Shown: piece after piece, positions 36,264-46,307 of the stretch
Numbering within the stretch: position 1 is the first letter of the stretch
Layout: each line of letters opens with the position of its first letter
From: a phage
Sequence record: OZ346151.1
Strand: one strand, 5' to 3'
Length of the DNA: 64,000 nucleotides
Made by a program: the position numbers and the translations under genes
Notes under the pieces: generated by a model
Databases searched by the model: none
What the model saw: the letters and a program-made list of their open reading frames with translations, nothing else
What the model was told of the DNA's origin: nothing

Positions 36264-37472
36264 TCAGCAACCACAACTTCCGTAGTGCTTAACTCGCTCG
36301 ATAACTTCCGCTTGCTTACCTTTATTGTAAGGACGGGAGTTAGGACTGGAAAGGTATCCAGACACACGTCGAATTACACTGATCGTTCCCTCTTCATGGT
36401 TTCCACACTCTGGGCATACAAAGCCTTTAGCTGTTGCACTGAACTCACCAGAGAAACCACACTTGAGACATTTATCCACAGGTTGGTTAATACCAAAATA
36501 CATAATGTGTTTATACCCGAAGTCAACAAGAGCCTCTAAAGCATCCAGGTTGTTTTTCAGGTTAGGTGTTTCTACGTATCCGATGTTGCCACCAGAGGAT
36601 ATCATAGCAAAACCTTCTTCATACTCCCACTTATCAAAAGGAGAGCTATTGATCCATACTGGCTGATGGAAACTGTTGGTGAGATATTCATGCTCGTGCT
36701 TCAACACTTCAGGATATTCACGATCCAGACAGGTTGCAGCTTTATAGCATAGACTCTCAGAAGGGGTGCCGTACAAACTAAACGCTAGTCTACTTTTCTT
36801 CTTGTATCGCTCACAAGCATCTCTCATGTGCTGAAGTATTCCAAGAGCTAAAGCCTTGTCACCCTCTCTGCCCAAAATCTGACAGGTTTCATACACACCA
36901 ATATACCCAATACTGATGGAAGCGTACCCGTCATAGAAGAGTTTATCAATACTCTCTTCAGGATCCAGGCGAGCAAGAGCGCCTTCACACCACATGATAG
37001 GGTTCTGCCCTGCCTTAGTGCCTTTCAGACGGTTAACCCTTACAAGGTGAGCTTCATATGCCAAATCCAGATACTCGTCAAGAACGGAAAAGAAATCAAC
37101 ACCTTCCGTCTTAGCTTTTGCCGCAATCATTGGCAGGTTAAGACTAACAACACCCAAGTTGAATCTGCCGAGGTATTTCTCCTCACCTGTTTCCAAGTCA
37201 TTGTATTTGCTAAGAAAACTCCGGCAACCCATGCTCGTTACTTTACCATCTGTCGAGCCTGTCACTTTACGATTTAGTGGAACAGAAACAAAGTCAGGAT
37301 AAATCCGCTCTGCAGAGCATTCCAGAGCTAATCGTTTCAAATCATAGTTAGGATCTCCAGGGTTCATGTTGACACCCTCTTCTAGGAAGAACAACACTTT
37401 AGGGAACACAGGTGTGATACGTTCTTCACCAAGACCCATTTTGTGGACTTTCAAGTAGTTTTTGGTAATCAT
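36264..37472 (-). CDS. nrdD: Anaerobic (class III) ribonucleotide reductase, C-terminal portion
   Basis: Glycyl-radical motif RVSGYL near C-terminus; zinc-ribbon Cys pairs CLKCGFSGE ... CPECGN. Confidence 0.85.
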   Translation of the reverse strand: MITKNYLKVHKMGLGEERITPVFPKVLFFLEEGVNMNPGDPNYDLKRLALECSAERIYPDFVSVPLNRKVTGSTDGKVTSMGCRSFLSKYNDLETGEEKYLGRFNLGVVSLNLPMIAAKAKTEGVDFFSVLDEYLDLAYEAHLVRVNRLKGTKAGQNPIMWCEGALARLDPEESIDKLFYDGYASISIGYIGVYETCQILGREGDKALALGILQHMRDACERYKKKSRLAFSLYGTPSESLCYKAATCLDREYPEVLKHEHEYLTNSFHQPVWINSSPFDKWEYEEGFAMISSGGNIGYVETPNLKNNLDALEALVDFGYKHIMYFGINQPVDKCLKCGFSGEFSATAKGFVCPECGNHEEGTISVIRRVSGYLSSPNSRPYNKGKQAEVIERVKHYGSCGC

Positions 37473-38320
37473 TCTACCAAAGACTGAGGTGTCCAGACCT
37501 AAACTTAATGTGATGAATGGAGTCTGCTGTCTCCTCCCTGTGTTTCCACAGGGCCAGACTATCTCTTACTCTACTTCAATAAGATAATAACCCTTTATTG
37601 TGAGATGCTTACCTTCGGCATTTCCTTCGATAGCCCTATGAACGTTACCTACGTTCAAATTTAAGGCTTTTGCACAGGCATAGAGTGAAGGATATTCACC
37701 CACCAAGGTTTTACCTTTGTATGCCTGCACTTTCCTATAGCACTTACCTGGACAAAGTCCTGTTCGGAAAGCATGTCTCTTATTATCTTCCGGCAAAACC
37801 CACTCTAGGTTAGACGGATGATCATTCAATGTATTGCCATCTTTATGATTCACTTCCCAGTTTTCAGGGTCTTCTGGGACATCCGGCAAACAATACAAGG
37901 CAACAATCCTTGAGGTTTGGATTCGAATCTTTTTACCTTTGTGGTTGAAAGAGTACATATAACGGCGTTTAACATGCTTGTTACCTTTTCCATAACCTCC
38001 CCACAATATTGGGTGTAGCATTCCACGTTTTCCGTATACGTTTCCAACCTCATCAATCACATAGTTTGATTCTTCACCATTAAGAATGATCTTTTTCATA
38101 GAGCCTCTCCATTTCGAAGTTAGTATTTCAACTAACCCCTACACTACTTGGTTCAGAAATGTTTGTCAAGCATTTCTGCCTTTCGTTAGTCGTTACAACC
38201 GTTCCAACTCCTGTAAGAACTAGTCACGGGATTGGCATAGCTTTCGCCTTAGCGTTCCCCGTTAGCCGGATTTACCGACCCCTCTTATGAGGTTAGGAGA
38301 GTTTTACAACGGCCAGTTTG
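37473..38320 (-). mobile_element. Putative group I intron (with HNH ORF) splitting nrdD; exact splice sites undetermined
   Basis: On the minus strand: P-like AACGGGGAACGC, Q-like AATCCCGTGA, R-like GTAACGACTAA (about 38184-38196), S-like AAGAGATAGTCTGG (37553-37566) just after the HNH stop. About 220 nt GC-rich non-coding before the HNH ORF. Confidence 0.55.
37566..38099 (-). CDS. HNH homing endonuclease (within nrdD insertion)
   Basis: 177 aa; VNHKDGNTLNDHPSNLEW motif. Confidence 0.85.
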   Translation of the reverse strand: MKKIILNGEESNYVIDEVGNVYGKRGMLHPILWGGYGKGNKHVKRRYMYSFNHKGKKIRIQTSRIVALYCLPDVPEDPENWEVNHKDGNTLNDHPSNLEWVLPEDNKRHAFRTGLCPGKCYRKVQAYKGKTLVGEYPSLYACAKALNLNVGNVHRAIEGNAEGKHLTIKGYYLIEVE

Positions 38321-39184
38321 TTAACCGTTGACAGAAGTTAACGTGTTGATTTGATAGAGCAAAGTCTGCATGCTGTCAAATACGTCTTTATCTGTCATTT
38401 GCATTGCAACAGTTTCAGCATCCGGCAACCAATGTTCCTGGCAAAATTTAAGGTTCTTCTCATAGGTTGCTTCAGCATACTGTGCCAGATAATGATCAAT
38501 ATGGCTCATAGTCTGACCACCATATTGAGCACTAGCTACCGCACTAGAGATTTGGCTAAGGATTGTTGTTGCAACCCCTATTGACTTCGGCTTACTGACA
38601 TGGGCGTTACCAATGTTGAATCCGTTTTCCAACATATCTGGATAATTTACCAAACAACAGTTTGTTAACGGACTGATCAAGTAGTCAAGATCATGCACAT
38701 GGATGAATCCTTTATTGTGCTCTTCGGAGACACGGTCTGGCAGGATCTGTGTTGATGCAAGGTGTTTGCTAAGAATACCTGCAAGCAGGTCGCGATGAGT
38801 GTGTACATGATTAGTAGGCTTATTTGCGTTTTCTTTTGTAAATTCATCACAAGTTCGATCCAAGAAGCCACTAATATCTGCAAGCAGTTTTCCACCTGCC
38901 TCTCTGTTATTATCTCTTGTCTGTCTATACTGGATGTATTCTCTGGCTGCACATTTTAAACCCATATCCATAAGAGCATCTTCAACAAGGATATGGATAT
39001 TTTTTACAGAGATCGTGCACTGGTCGGTTGGTAGATTGTTAGCAACAACTTCATTAACCGCGCAGGCGATCCGGTAAGCTTCTTCTTCAGTATGTCCAGA
39101 CTCAAGTAAGGCGGACTCTGCCGCCTTGATCACCTTAATTCCGTTATAGAACTCTTCTCTACCGTCCCGTTTTACAACTTTCAC
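38321..39184 (-). CDS. nrdD: Anaerobic (class III) ribonucleotide reductase, N-terminal portion
   Basis: ATP-cone-like start MKVVKRDGREEFYNGIKV; GFIHVHDLDY motif. Confidence 0.85.
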   Translation of the reverse strand: MKVVKRDGREEFYNGIKVIKAAESALLESGHTEEEAYRIACAVNEVVANNLPTDQCTISVKNIHILVEDALMDMGLKCAAREYIQYRQTRDNNREAGGKLLADISGFLDRTCDEFTKENANKPTNHVHTHRDLLAGILSKHLASTQILPDRVSEEHNKGFIHVHDLDYLISPLTNCCLVNYPDMLENGFNIGNAHVSKPKSIGVATTILSQISSAVASAQYGGQTMSHIDHYLAQYAEATYEKNLKFCQEHWLPDAETVAMQMTDKDVFDSMQTLLYQINTLTSVNG

Positions 39185-39459
39185 TTTTTCTCTCCAAAAC
39201 CATTCTTAACAAAAGAGATGAAATCGTCGGCACCGCCTATATGGACACTGTCAAGATCGCTTTCTAAGAAGATCTGCGGCAACGTTCTGGGGACAATTGG
39301 ACTGCACTTCTCAATAAGCTCTTCTTTTGTGTAGCCCTCGCCAAGTGTCTTATATACAAAAGGCAGACCTTTGCTGATTGCAAATTCTTTTGCTCTGACA
39401 CAATGTGGGCAGTTATCATTACCGTAAATGATGATGAAAAAAGATTTTTCGCAGCTCAT
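39181..39459 (-). CDS. Glutaredoxin/NrdH-like redoxin
   Basis: 92 aa; CPHC active site after beta-strand IIIYG; adjacent to RNR genes. Confidence 0.75.
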   Translation of the reverse strand: MSCEKSFFIIIYGNDNCPHCVRAKEFAISKGLPFVYKTLGEGYTKEELIEKCSPIVPRTLPQIFLESDLDSVHIGGADDFISFVKNGFGEKK

Positions 39460-39462
39460 ATA

Positions 39463-40551
39463 TTAAAACTCCCAAATTTCTTCTTCAGCGTCGTTAACAG
39501 TTGTGTTGACGCGGTAGTCAGTGTTCGACATTTCTTGGTTCGCCGTCTGTTGTAATGAAGGTTTCATCCACACCTGCATAAACGGTAGCGGGTCCTTTGT
39601 TGGCGGCACAAAGTCTTTGTCGATGTCGTAGTAATCATAAATCGGTGAGCAGTTATAGTCAACCCACTCTTTAAGCAACGGTGAGTTAAGACCTATAATC
39701 GCTCTTCCTTCGCTGAAAATATAGTCACTCCAACCGTACTCTTTGGTTCGTACTTCATCAAGAATCTCTTTTAACTCCCCCTTTATCTCAAGGAAGCTTT
39801 TCTCCCATGCGGGATCATTAAGCAAGATATCAATGATGGCAAAATCACCTTTCGAATGTAGCATTTCGTCAAGCATGATTTTTTGAACAAGCTGCGCCAC
39901 CTGAACAAAGATACCCTGTTCAGCTACTGCGAAAGTGCATGCAAAACTTGCAATAAACTCAATACTTTCCAGAGCTAAAAGTGCAAAAAGCGCTCTAAGA
40001 ATGCATTTCCGCACAACATCTTCTTCAACACTAGAAGGATCCAGTCGGTATTTTGCACCAATAACCTCAAGCTCTTGCATGTATTTGACAATAACGCCAG
40101 ATCTGCTCAGAACGTTTTGGTTTTCCTGAATCTCTTCTATAATCTCACGGGCATTGGGGAGGCATTGTCTAACAATCTCTGAGTAAGTTAGTGCGTGAAG
40201 AACTTCAATCTCTGACTGTTTCATCAATAGAGTGAAAAGCTCACTATTAGTGATGAATGGTGAAAAGAGGCAGATGATCGATCTTGCCGCAACGCTATCA
40301 GCCTCCCATTGCCACATCAAGGTCTGCACCATCACGTCATAAGTTGACTTTGAGCATGTTACAAAATCTGAAATAGATTGCGACAAATCCACTTCATCCT
40401 CTGCCCAATCTTGCTCTTTTTGTTTTTTGTATAGTTCAAACAGTTGTGGATATTTTTTGTTGATAGAGTCGTACATACCCATTTGCTGTCCCAGAAACAG
40501 CGGATAGTCACCAGTTTTATGAGCGGTGTTCTCAGCATTAAATACAGCCAT
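39463..40551 (-). CDS. nrdB: Ribonucleotide reductase class Ia beta subunit
   Basis: ORF track 39463..40611; start refined to ATG 40551 (MAVFNAEN...) with AGGTAG upstream; ferritin-like protein next to nrdA. Confidence 0.8.
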   Translation of the reverse strand: MAVFNAENTAHKTGDYPLFLGQQMGMYDSINKKYPQLFELYKKQKEQDWAEDEVDLSQSISDFVTCSKSTYDVMVQTLMWQWEADSVAARSIICLFSPFITNSELFTLLMKQSEIEVLHALTYSEIVRQCLPNAREIIEEIQENQNVLSRSGVIVKYMQELEVIGAKYRLDPSSVEEDVVRKCILRALFALLALESIEFIASFACTFAVAEQGIFVQVAQLVQKIMLDEMLHSKGDFAIIDILLNDPAWEKSFLEIKGELKEILDEVRTKEYGWSDYIFSEGRAIIGLNSPLLKEWVDYNCSPIYDYYDIDKDFVPPTKDPLPFMQVWMKPSLQQTANQEMSNTDYRVNTTVNDAEEEIWEF

Positions 40552-40589
40552 TATTCTACCTCTAAAATGGGGCCGAAGCCCCTTTAAAA

Positions 40590-42905
40590 TTATAGTGCAC
40601 AGCTTTCGCAATACGGATCTTCAACTGAACTATCTGCAATCAAAGGATAGTTCTTTCTGGTTTCATCTTCAGCCTGTTTCTTGGCATGGAGTTCCTCTGC
40701 CAAGGAGTCACCAGCACCAACCCTAGAGTTTAAATAATACCATGTCTTCATCCCGAATTTAGTGGCACGGATAAGGTACCCTAGCTGCTCCTTCATTGAA
40801 ATTTTACCATCTTTCAACTTGGTGTAGTCTATGTATAAATCCGCGCTGATTGCCTGACCTGTGAATTTTTGAATCACAGCATACATATCGATCATGTCGT
40901 TAGTATCAACGTCCCAAGCCGAAGTGTAATACTCTTTCAACTCATCGTATTCAGGAACGATAAACAGCACCTGCCCTTGTGGCGACTTTTTAAAGATAAT
41001 GTGCTCACGGACAGGATAAACCCCGTTAGTGGTGTTTGTTGCCAGCGAAGAGCTTTCATTAGGCATATATGCTTCAAGAACGCTATTACGTAGCCCACCA
41101 TTTTCAATGATTTCTTTACGTAACCCTTCCCAATCCTGTTTAAGAGAAGGATCTTTCACCACACTATCGACCTCTTTGTTATAAGTGTCGATTGGTAACC
41201 AACCTTCTGGATATTTTGTTTTATACATCCACTCGCAGACACCACGCTCTTTTGCCAACCGTAAACTTGCCTTATGCAAGCTGTAGCTGTGAAGTTCTGC
41301 AAGATCGTGAACAAGCTGTTTACTTTCAGGAGATCCGTAAGTAACCTTGTGGCTGGCAATAAAATGTGCAACATTGGTAAGGCCAACCCCGATGGATCTG
41401 CGTTTTTTAACAGTACTCTCCATGTTTTCATACGGATATGCCATGATTTCCATAACATTGTCAATCATAAGCACCGTGTAGTATGCAACATCCTCATACT
41501 CCTCTGGGGTAACCCTTCCAGCTACAAGAGATGACAGGAAGCACAATGCAACCTCACCATCATCAACATCGTACTTGAAGATATTACGCATATCTGAATA
41601 GCCTTTTGTCGGGAGGGCTATTTCTGCACACAGGTTGCTTGAATAGATCACATCTTTAAAAGGTGTATGTCTATTCATCTCATCTGTCCAGTATACGTAC
41701 AGCCTTCCCACCTCAGTACGCTGCGTGATCAGCTCAACAGCAAGATCTCTAGCCCGGATCCATGTCTTAGGAATACTGTCATCTTTAGCAATACGCTCAA
41801 CCTCTGCATCGAACTCCTCCATAGACATGGTGAAGATACCCTCATACAGTTGAGGAGCGTGCTTATAAGAAACAAGCATCCAATCTAAATTCTTAGCCAC
41901 ACGGTTGATAAACGACCTATTAATACCGATGGAGTAGTCCATGGTGTTGATTCTTTTTGAAGCAACAGTCATAGGGTTTCTCAAACGGATTAGCTCATCA
42001 ATCTGCGGGTCCAGTGCAAGGAATGATACTGTTGCAGAACCGCCACGTGATTGTTGTCTGTTCTCCTTAACACCAGCATCAATACCTCGATAATATGGAA
42101 TCTTACCCATGTGTTTAATAGTGTTACCGCGAACACCATCACCTGCAGATCTTGATGATAAATAGTAGCCGATACCTGCTTGGTTAACCGTCATTGTGTA
42201 CGCAACTTCACGTGCCACACCAATAGATTTTGCTGTATCGTCAGCTTTTATTACACAACAAGATGCATACCCTGTCTTACCTGTGCGCAGCCCGTTTAAG
42301 TACGGTGTCGGGGCATTGATCTTTAAGTCGGACAGATAAGTGTATAATTTTACAACATCGTTGATACGACGTTCTTTCGGCATATTCTTCATGACAGCCA
42401 TTGCTATCCCCATAAACATCATCTGGGGAGATTCAAACAAGGTGTCTTTAAGAGTATCCTTGATCCCGTATTTGTCGCGAAACTGTTTAAGGACTGCATA
42501 GCCATAGCCGAGATCTTTACTGTGGTCAATAACAGCGTCTAAAGTGTTTAGCTCGGTAAAGCTATATCCCATATCCTCCCAATACCCTTTCTCAACCATG
42601 TCGTTGTAAAATGATGGTAAGGAAGGGATCTTTGTAAACCCTCCAAAAGCCTCTTTATAAATCTGACCAATAAGAACACGACCAGCCATACGGGAATGTG
42701 CTTCGTCTTTACGGCTAACACAGGAGTCTATGATAGCTTGGTTAACTTCTTTGGTTGTACATCCATCATACAGTCGTTTGTATGCATCCAGTGCAATATG
42801 TGACCAATTGCCGTTACCGTCGTCACCGAAAATAGCTGCCTTATTTAAACGTTCTGGATCGAATGCCACTTCACATCCGTTGCTTTTAATTACCTTGGTG
42901 ATCAA
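40590..42905 (-). CDS. nrdA: Ribonucleotide reductase class Ia alpha subunit
   Basis: 771 aa; N-terminal ATP-cone; SNLCAEIALPT active-site motif; C-terminal CESCAL. Confidence 0.9.
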   Translation of the reverse strand: MITKVIKSNGCEVAFDPERLNKAAIFGDDGNGNWSHIALDAYKRLYDGCTTKEVNQAIIDSCVSRKDEAHSRMAGRVLIGQIYKEAFGGFTKIPSLPSFYNDMVEKGYWEDMGYSFTELNTLDAVIDHSKDLGYGYAVLKQFRDKYGIKDTLKDTLFESPQMMFMGIAMAVMKNMPKERRINDVVKLYTYLSDLKINAPTPYLNGLRTGKTGYASCCVIKADDTAKSIGVAREVAYTMTVNQAGIGYYLSSRSAGDGVRGNTIKHMGKIPYYRGIDAGVKENRQQSRGGSATVSFLALDPQIDELIRLRNPMTVASKRINTMDYSIGINRSFINRVAKNLDWMLVSYKHAPQLYEGIFTMSMEEFDAEVERIAKDDSIPKTWIRARDLAVELITQRTEVGRLYVYWTDEMNRHTPFKDVIYSSNLCAEIALPTKGYSDMRNIFKYDVDDGEVALCFLSSLVAGRVTPEEYEDVAYYTVLMIDNVMEIMAYPYENMESTVKKRRSIGVGLTNVAHFIASHKVTYGSPESKQLVHDLAELHSYSLHKASLRLAKERGVCEWMYKTKYPEGWLPIDTYNKEVDSVVKDPSLKQDWEGLRKEIIENGGLRNSVLEAYMPNESSSLATNTTNGVYPVREHIIFKKSPQGQVLFIVPEYDELKEYYTSAWDVDTNDMIDMYAVIQKFTGQAISADLYIDYTKLKDGKISMKEQLGYLIRATKFGMKTWYYLNSRVGAGDSLAEELHAKKQAEDETRKNYPLIADSSVEDPYCESCAL

Positions 42906-43210
42906 TTTGCTTCCTCCACTTCATCAACGTATTTATCAAGGCAGGTATCAGTATCTTGCTGGATAAAGGTATCCTCTTCTACAGAGATATTTATAATTTT
43001 GCCTGTATACTCGTCATAATAAACATCATCATACATTTTAATATCGTTTGTCAGGCCGTTGAACCAAAGCCAACCAACATACTCTGACCGACTTGCAAAA
43101 CCAAGATCCTTCCACTTGGAGTTATGACTCATCTTCACCACCTTAGCTTTCAATACCGAATAATTTTTCCAGGCGATGCAGATCTTCAAAATTGAAAGGT
43201 TCATCAACAA
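42902..43210 (-). CDS. hypothetical protein
   Basis: 102 aa ORF. Confidence 0.45.
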   Translation of the reverse strand: MLMNLSILKICIAWKNYSVLKAKVVKMSHNSKWKDLGFASRSEYVGWLWFNGLTNDIKMYDDVYYDEYTGKIINISVEEDTFIQQDTDTCLDKYVDEVEEAN

Positions 43211-43643
43211 TATGAATATCTTCAGCCTTTTCAGATTGTTTTGTATACTTTCTTACATTAACACGATCCTCTACAGGAATATCATACGGAAGATCTTGAA
43301 CAAGCATTGCCTCACCAGGTGCTTTATCCACATCTAAAATATCTACACCGTTATACATTTGCGGGTATCTAAAGTCTGCACGCATGACACCAGCAAATAC
43401 ATCTGCCTTTCGATAATGTGTTGGCTTATTTTTGCATCGAACGTTTTTTCCACGAAGAACATCAATACTTTTTAAATCAAACCCTACGGCAAAGAGTGCA
43501 GCTCGGAGACCGTTTCGTGTGCGAACGTTAAACCCGGGAACGGTAGATAGGAAATCCAAAGTAACTGAAATAAATGTCTTTTTAGGAATCATAACATTAC
43601 TCATATCTGTCTCCATTTCTGGCTCACCAACAAAGTGAGCCAT
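43143..43643 (-). CDS. hypothetical protein
   Basis: 166 aa ORF. Confidence 0.45.
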   Translation of the reverse strand: MAHFVGEPEMETDMSNVMIPKKTFISVTLDFLSTVPGFNVRTRNGLRAALFAVGFDLKSIDVLRGKNVRCKNKPTHYRKADVFAGVMRADFRYPQMYNGVDILDVDKAPGEAMLVQDLPYDIPVEDRVNVRKYTKQSEKAEDIHIVDEPFNFEDLHRLEKLFGIES

Positions 43644-43702
43644 TATTATAGATTATCTAATACTATTAGTCAACACAAAAGTTACCTATCGCTGTGATAG
43701 GA

Positions 43703-44686
43703 TTAACCTTTCACGAAGTGGTTATTAAGCAGTTGTCTGTGCTGAACCCACCCACAAAAGTTGGCAGACCAGAATTTACCATCACGGTCTTGATGGGTTA
43801 CACCTTCCTGCCAAGTACTGATGTCTTGTGTGATTTCACATGAAGACAGGTAGTAGTTTAAACGTTCCATTGCGTTATCGTGATCCATAGGTGTTGCCTG
43901 GTGCTCGTAAGGGCTTGCATGAATACGATCCCCACCAATCAATTTTTTAGCCACACTGTCTGCCTTTTCAAACGTGCTGTCAATATTTCGATAAGATACT
44001 TGTGCACAGCAACTAGCACTGATAGACAGAGCTTCTTTAGTATCGAGAATGCAGAGCTTTCCTTCTGTGTCACGTACAGCGTAGTTAAACTCCCCGTCCA
44101 AATAAACGTGCTCTACATATGGAGTGTGCCATTGACCCGGTTTAAGGATTTCAGGAGTGCTATTCACAAGAGCCTCCCACATACAATTAGCTAACATCTG
44201 AATCGTAGGATCCGCATCGTGCCAGCAACGGAGGTGGAAAAAATTATTCCACTCGGTGCTTGTTACAACTGTTTTCATGCGCTGAAAAGGCTCCACTAAG
44301 CGGTTACATACTTGCTTATGGTAACCAGCAAGGGCAAACTTCTCTGCATGCCAAGCGGCGTTTTTTGCAGCTTCTTTCCAAAACTCTTCCGGAGTTAGCT
44401 CCATATCAGTGTACTCTACACGGATCTTTTGATCGTGTTCCCCACCATCTTCCATTCCTCGCTTATTTACACCGAAGCGAACTGGCATTGCCGGATTCTC
44501 CACAATCTGTTGCAGCATCTTTCCGACAGGCACTGCACGGGAAGACATGGCGTTTCGGCTGAACACTCGGTGCGTCATAAGCTCTGAGTGAATAATTCGA
44601 GGATACTCTAGCTCAAAAGTGGTGATGCGCTTACCTTTCTCGGAAATGCTGTCAGCAATGATCTTTGCAGTGCACAGTTTTAGCAT
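43703..44686 (-). CDS. thyX: Flavin-dependent thymidylate synthase (ThyX-like)
   Basis: 327 aa; ThyX signature region MTHRVFSRNAMSSRAVP (RHR-x7-S pattern with T replacing first R). Confidence 0.65.
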   Translation of the reverse strand: MLKLCTAKIIADSISEKGKRITTFELEYPRIIHSELMTHRVFSRNAMSSRAVPVGKMLQQIVENPAMPVRFGVNKRGMEDGGEHDQKIRVEYTDMELTPEEFWKEAAKNAAWHAEKFALAGYHKQVCNRLVEPFQRMKTVVTSTEWNNFFHLRCWHDADPTIQMLANCMWEALVNSTPEILKPGQWHTPYVEHVYLDGEFNYAVRDTEGKLCILDTKEALSISASCCAQVSYRNIDSTFEKADSVAKKLIGGDRIHASPYEHQATPMDHDNAMERLNYYLSSCEITQDISTWQEGVTHQDRDGKFWSANFCGWVQHRQLLNNHFVKG

Positions 44687-44886
44687 TATTTAGCTCTCCT
44701 TGTTTTAATTTTGGAAATTTCGTCTGGGTTTATGTTGGCCTTAAATGCAAGGTATCTGTTGAACATATCGGAGCACATGTCTTGGGTGATCCTGGAGGCA
44801 TACACCAGCTTACCTCCCAGATCATACACCTCTAGCCAGTCACCGTATCTGACTACAGGATCGCCACCTTTAGAACATCTGCCCAT
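44686..44886 (-). CDS. hypothetical protein
   Basis: 66 aa ORF. Confidence 0.4.
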   Translation of the reverse strand: MGRCSKGGDPVVRYGDWLEVYDLGGKLVYASRITQDMCSDMFNRYLAFKANINPDEISKIKTRRAK

Positions 44887-44887
44887 T

Positions 44888-45481
44888 TCAAATACCTTCT
44901 AAAAACTTTCCTATTTTATACCAGCTATTAGCGGTATAGTCAACACTGACCTTTAACTCCTCAAATTGCTCATAAGGCGTATCTTTTAGGATTTTAATAA
45001 CTTCAGGGCGTGAAGCGAATTGGTTCAGGTATTCATGCCTGTCGTCAATTATAACATCTACAGCCACATTTCCCTTGAAATGCGTGGCGTAGAAGCCGTG
45101 ACCCTGGGTGTGATCGTCCAGATCCATAAAATCACTAGTCCAACGCTTTAAGAACCTTGATTTAGATGCAAGGTGACCTTTCTTGCATACCGAGATAAAT
45201 GCAAGCTTGTGACCACGAGCCACCAAATCTTTCATAACCTCAATAGCCCCCTCTTCAGGCTTAAGAAAGTCGTAGAGGAACGGGTCACTCCAGAAATCAA
45301 AAGGCCCTATGATGTTTTCTTTGGGGCGATCAGGCCAATACTTTGACAGATCGTAATACATTAACCCATTAGAAGGTTTAGTGACTGTCTTACTGGCTGG
45401 ACCATATAAACGCTCCAACCACTCCCACCATGCTGTTCCTGAATCTACCAGTGTCAAATCTACATCAATACCGATTAACAT
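44888..45481 (-). CDS. HAD-superfamily phosphatase (probable 5'-deoxyribonucleotidase)
   Basis: HAD motif I GIDVDLTLVDS and motif IV VDVIIDDR. Confidence 0.65.
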   Translation of the reverse strand: MLIGIDVDLTLVDSGTAWWEWLERLYGPASKTVTKPSNGLMYYDLSKYWPDRPKENIIGPFDFWSDPFLYDFLKPEEGAIEVMKDLVARGHKLAFISVCKKGHLASKSRFLKRWTSDFMDLDDHTQGHGFYATHFKGNVAVDVIIDDRHEYLNQFASRPEVIKILKDTPYEQFEELKVSVDYTANSWYKIGKFLEGI

Positions 45482-46092
45482 TCTTCTTGGGCCTCTTTAG
45501 CATCAATATACTTGCACACAATCTCCGATGCACATTCCCAAGGTGCACCTTCAGGGTTTACAACATCGAACTCAATTCCTTTTATTCCGTTCTTTTCCAG
45601 ACTTAGATAGGTTCTGGAATCATTTCCCCAGTCATATCCGACACGGTGAATACGGAACAACAACAGATCTCCACCTGTGCTGTACGCGTACTCGCTAAGG
45701 CATGCCAGCTCCTCTTTGAATCCACCATCGGAGTAAACAACAACCCCTTTACCTTTAGGGAAATCTTTCTTCAAAGATGCGACTGCGGCTTTACCGAAAG
45801 CATCTTCACCAAAGATAGGTTTAATCAGATTTTCACTACAATGGATCATCCATTCTCGCGGAGAAACATGCTTGCCGTCTATCATTAAGAAAGGGCAAGG
45901 CTCTTCTTTGTAGTGGCGGTCATAAAGTGCATTCCAGAGTTGAGGAGTTACACCAGCTGCCTTAATTGCCACACTGAAGAGCATCTCCTTAACCTCACGG
46001 TGGTGTGAGTTAGGAATAGCTTCCAACAAGAGATCTGCAATGTGATCCTTACCACTGCTGGGTGGGGCGTTAAGAACAATAATATCCATCAA
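45475..46092 (-). CDS. P-loop nucleotide kinase-like protein (possible dNMP kinase)
   Basis: N-terminal LNAPPSSGKDHIADLL resembles T4 gp1-type kinase P-loop. Confidence 0.5.
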   Translation of the reverse strand: MMDIIVLNAPPSSGKDHIADLLLEAIPNSHHREVKEMLFSVAIKAAGVTPQLWNALYDRHYKEEPCPFLMIDGKHVSPREWMIHCSENLIKPIFGEDAFGKAAVASLKKDFPKGKGVVVYSDGGFKEELACLSEYAYSTGGDLLLFRIHRVGYDWGNDSRTYLSLEKNGIKGIEFDVVNPEGAPWECASEIVCKYIDAKEAQEEC

Positions 46093-46292
46093 AAACCTCC
46101 GTGGTATTCTTCAACTGCATCAATAATACTTTTACACTTATCTACCAGCTCGTTAGCCACTACAGCATCGTCTTCCCAAACAGCTTCCTCGATCTGATCA
46201 AGCAATGATCGCATCTTACCCATCATTTCTGGGATAAAGTCTTCTGAAAAGCTGTCTGGAATTGTTAACTTTAGTGTCATTGCGTTCTCCAA
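46089..46292 (-). CDS. hypothetical acidic protein
   Basis: 67 aa ORF. Confidence 0.4.
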   Translation of the reverse strand: MENAMTLKLTIPDSFSEDFIPEMMGKMRSLLDQIEEAVWEDDAVVANELVDKCKSIIDAVEEYHGGF

Positions 46293-46307
46293 TCATACTA
46301 TGCGTTA

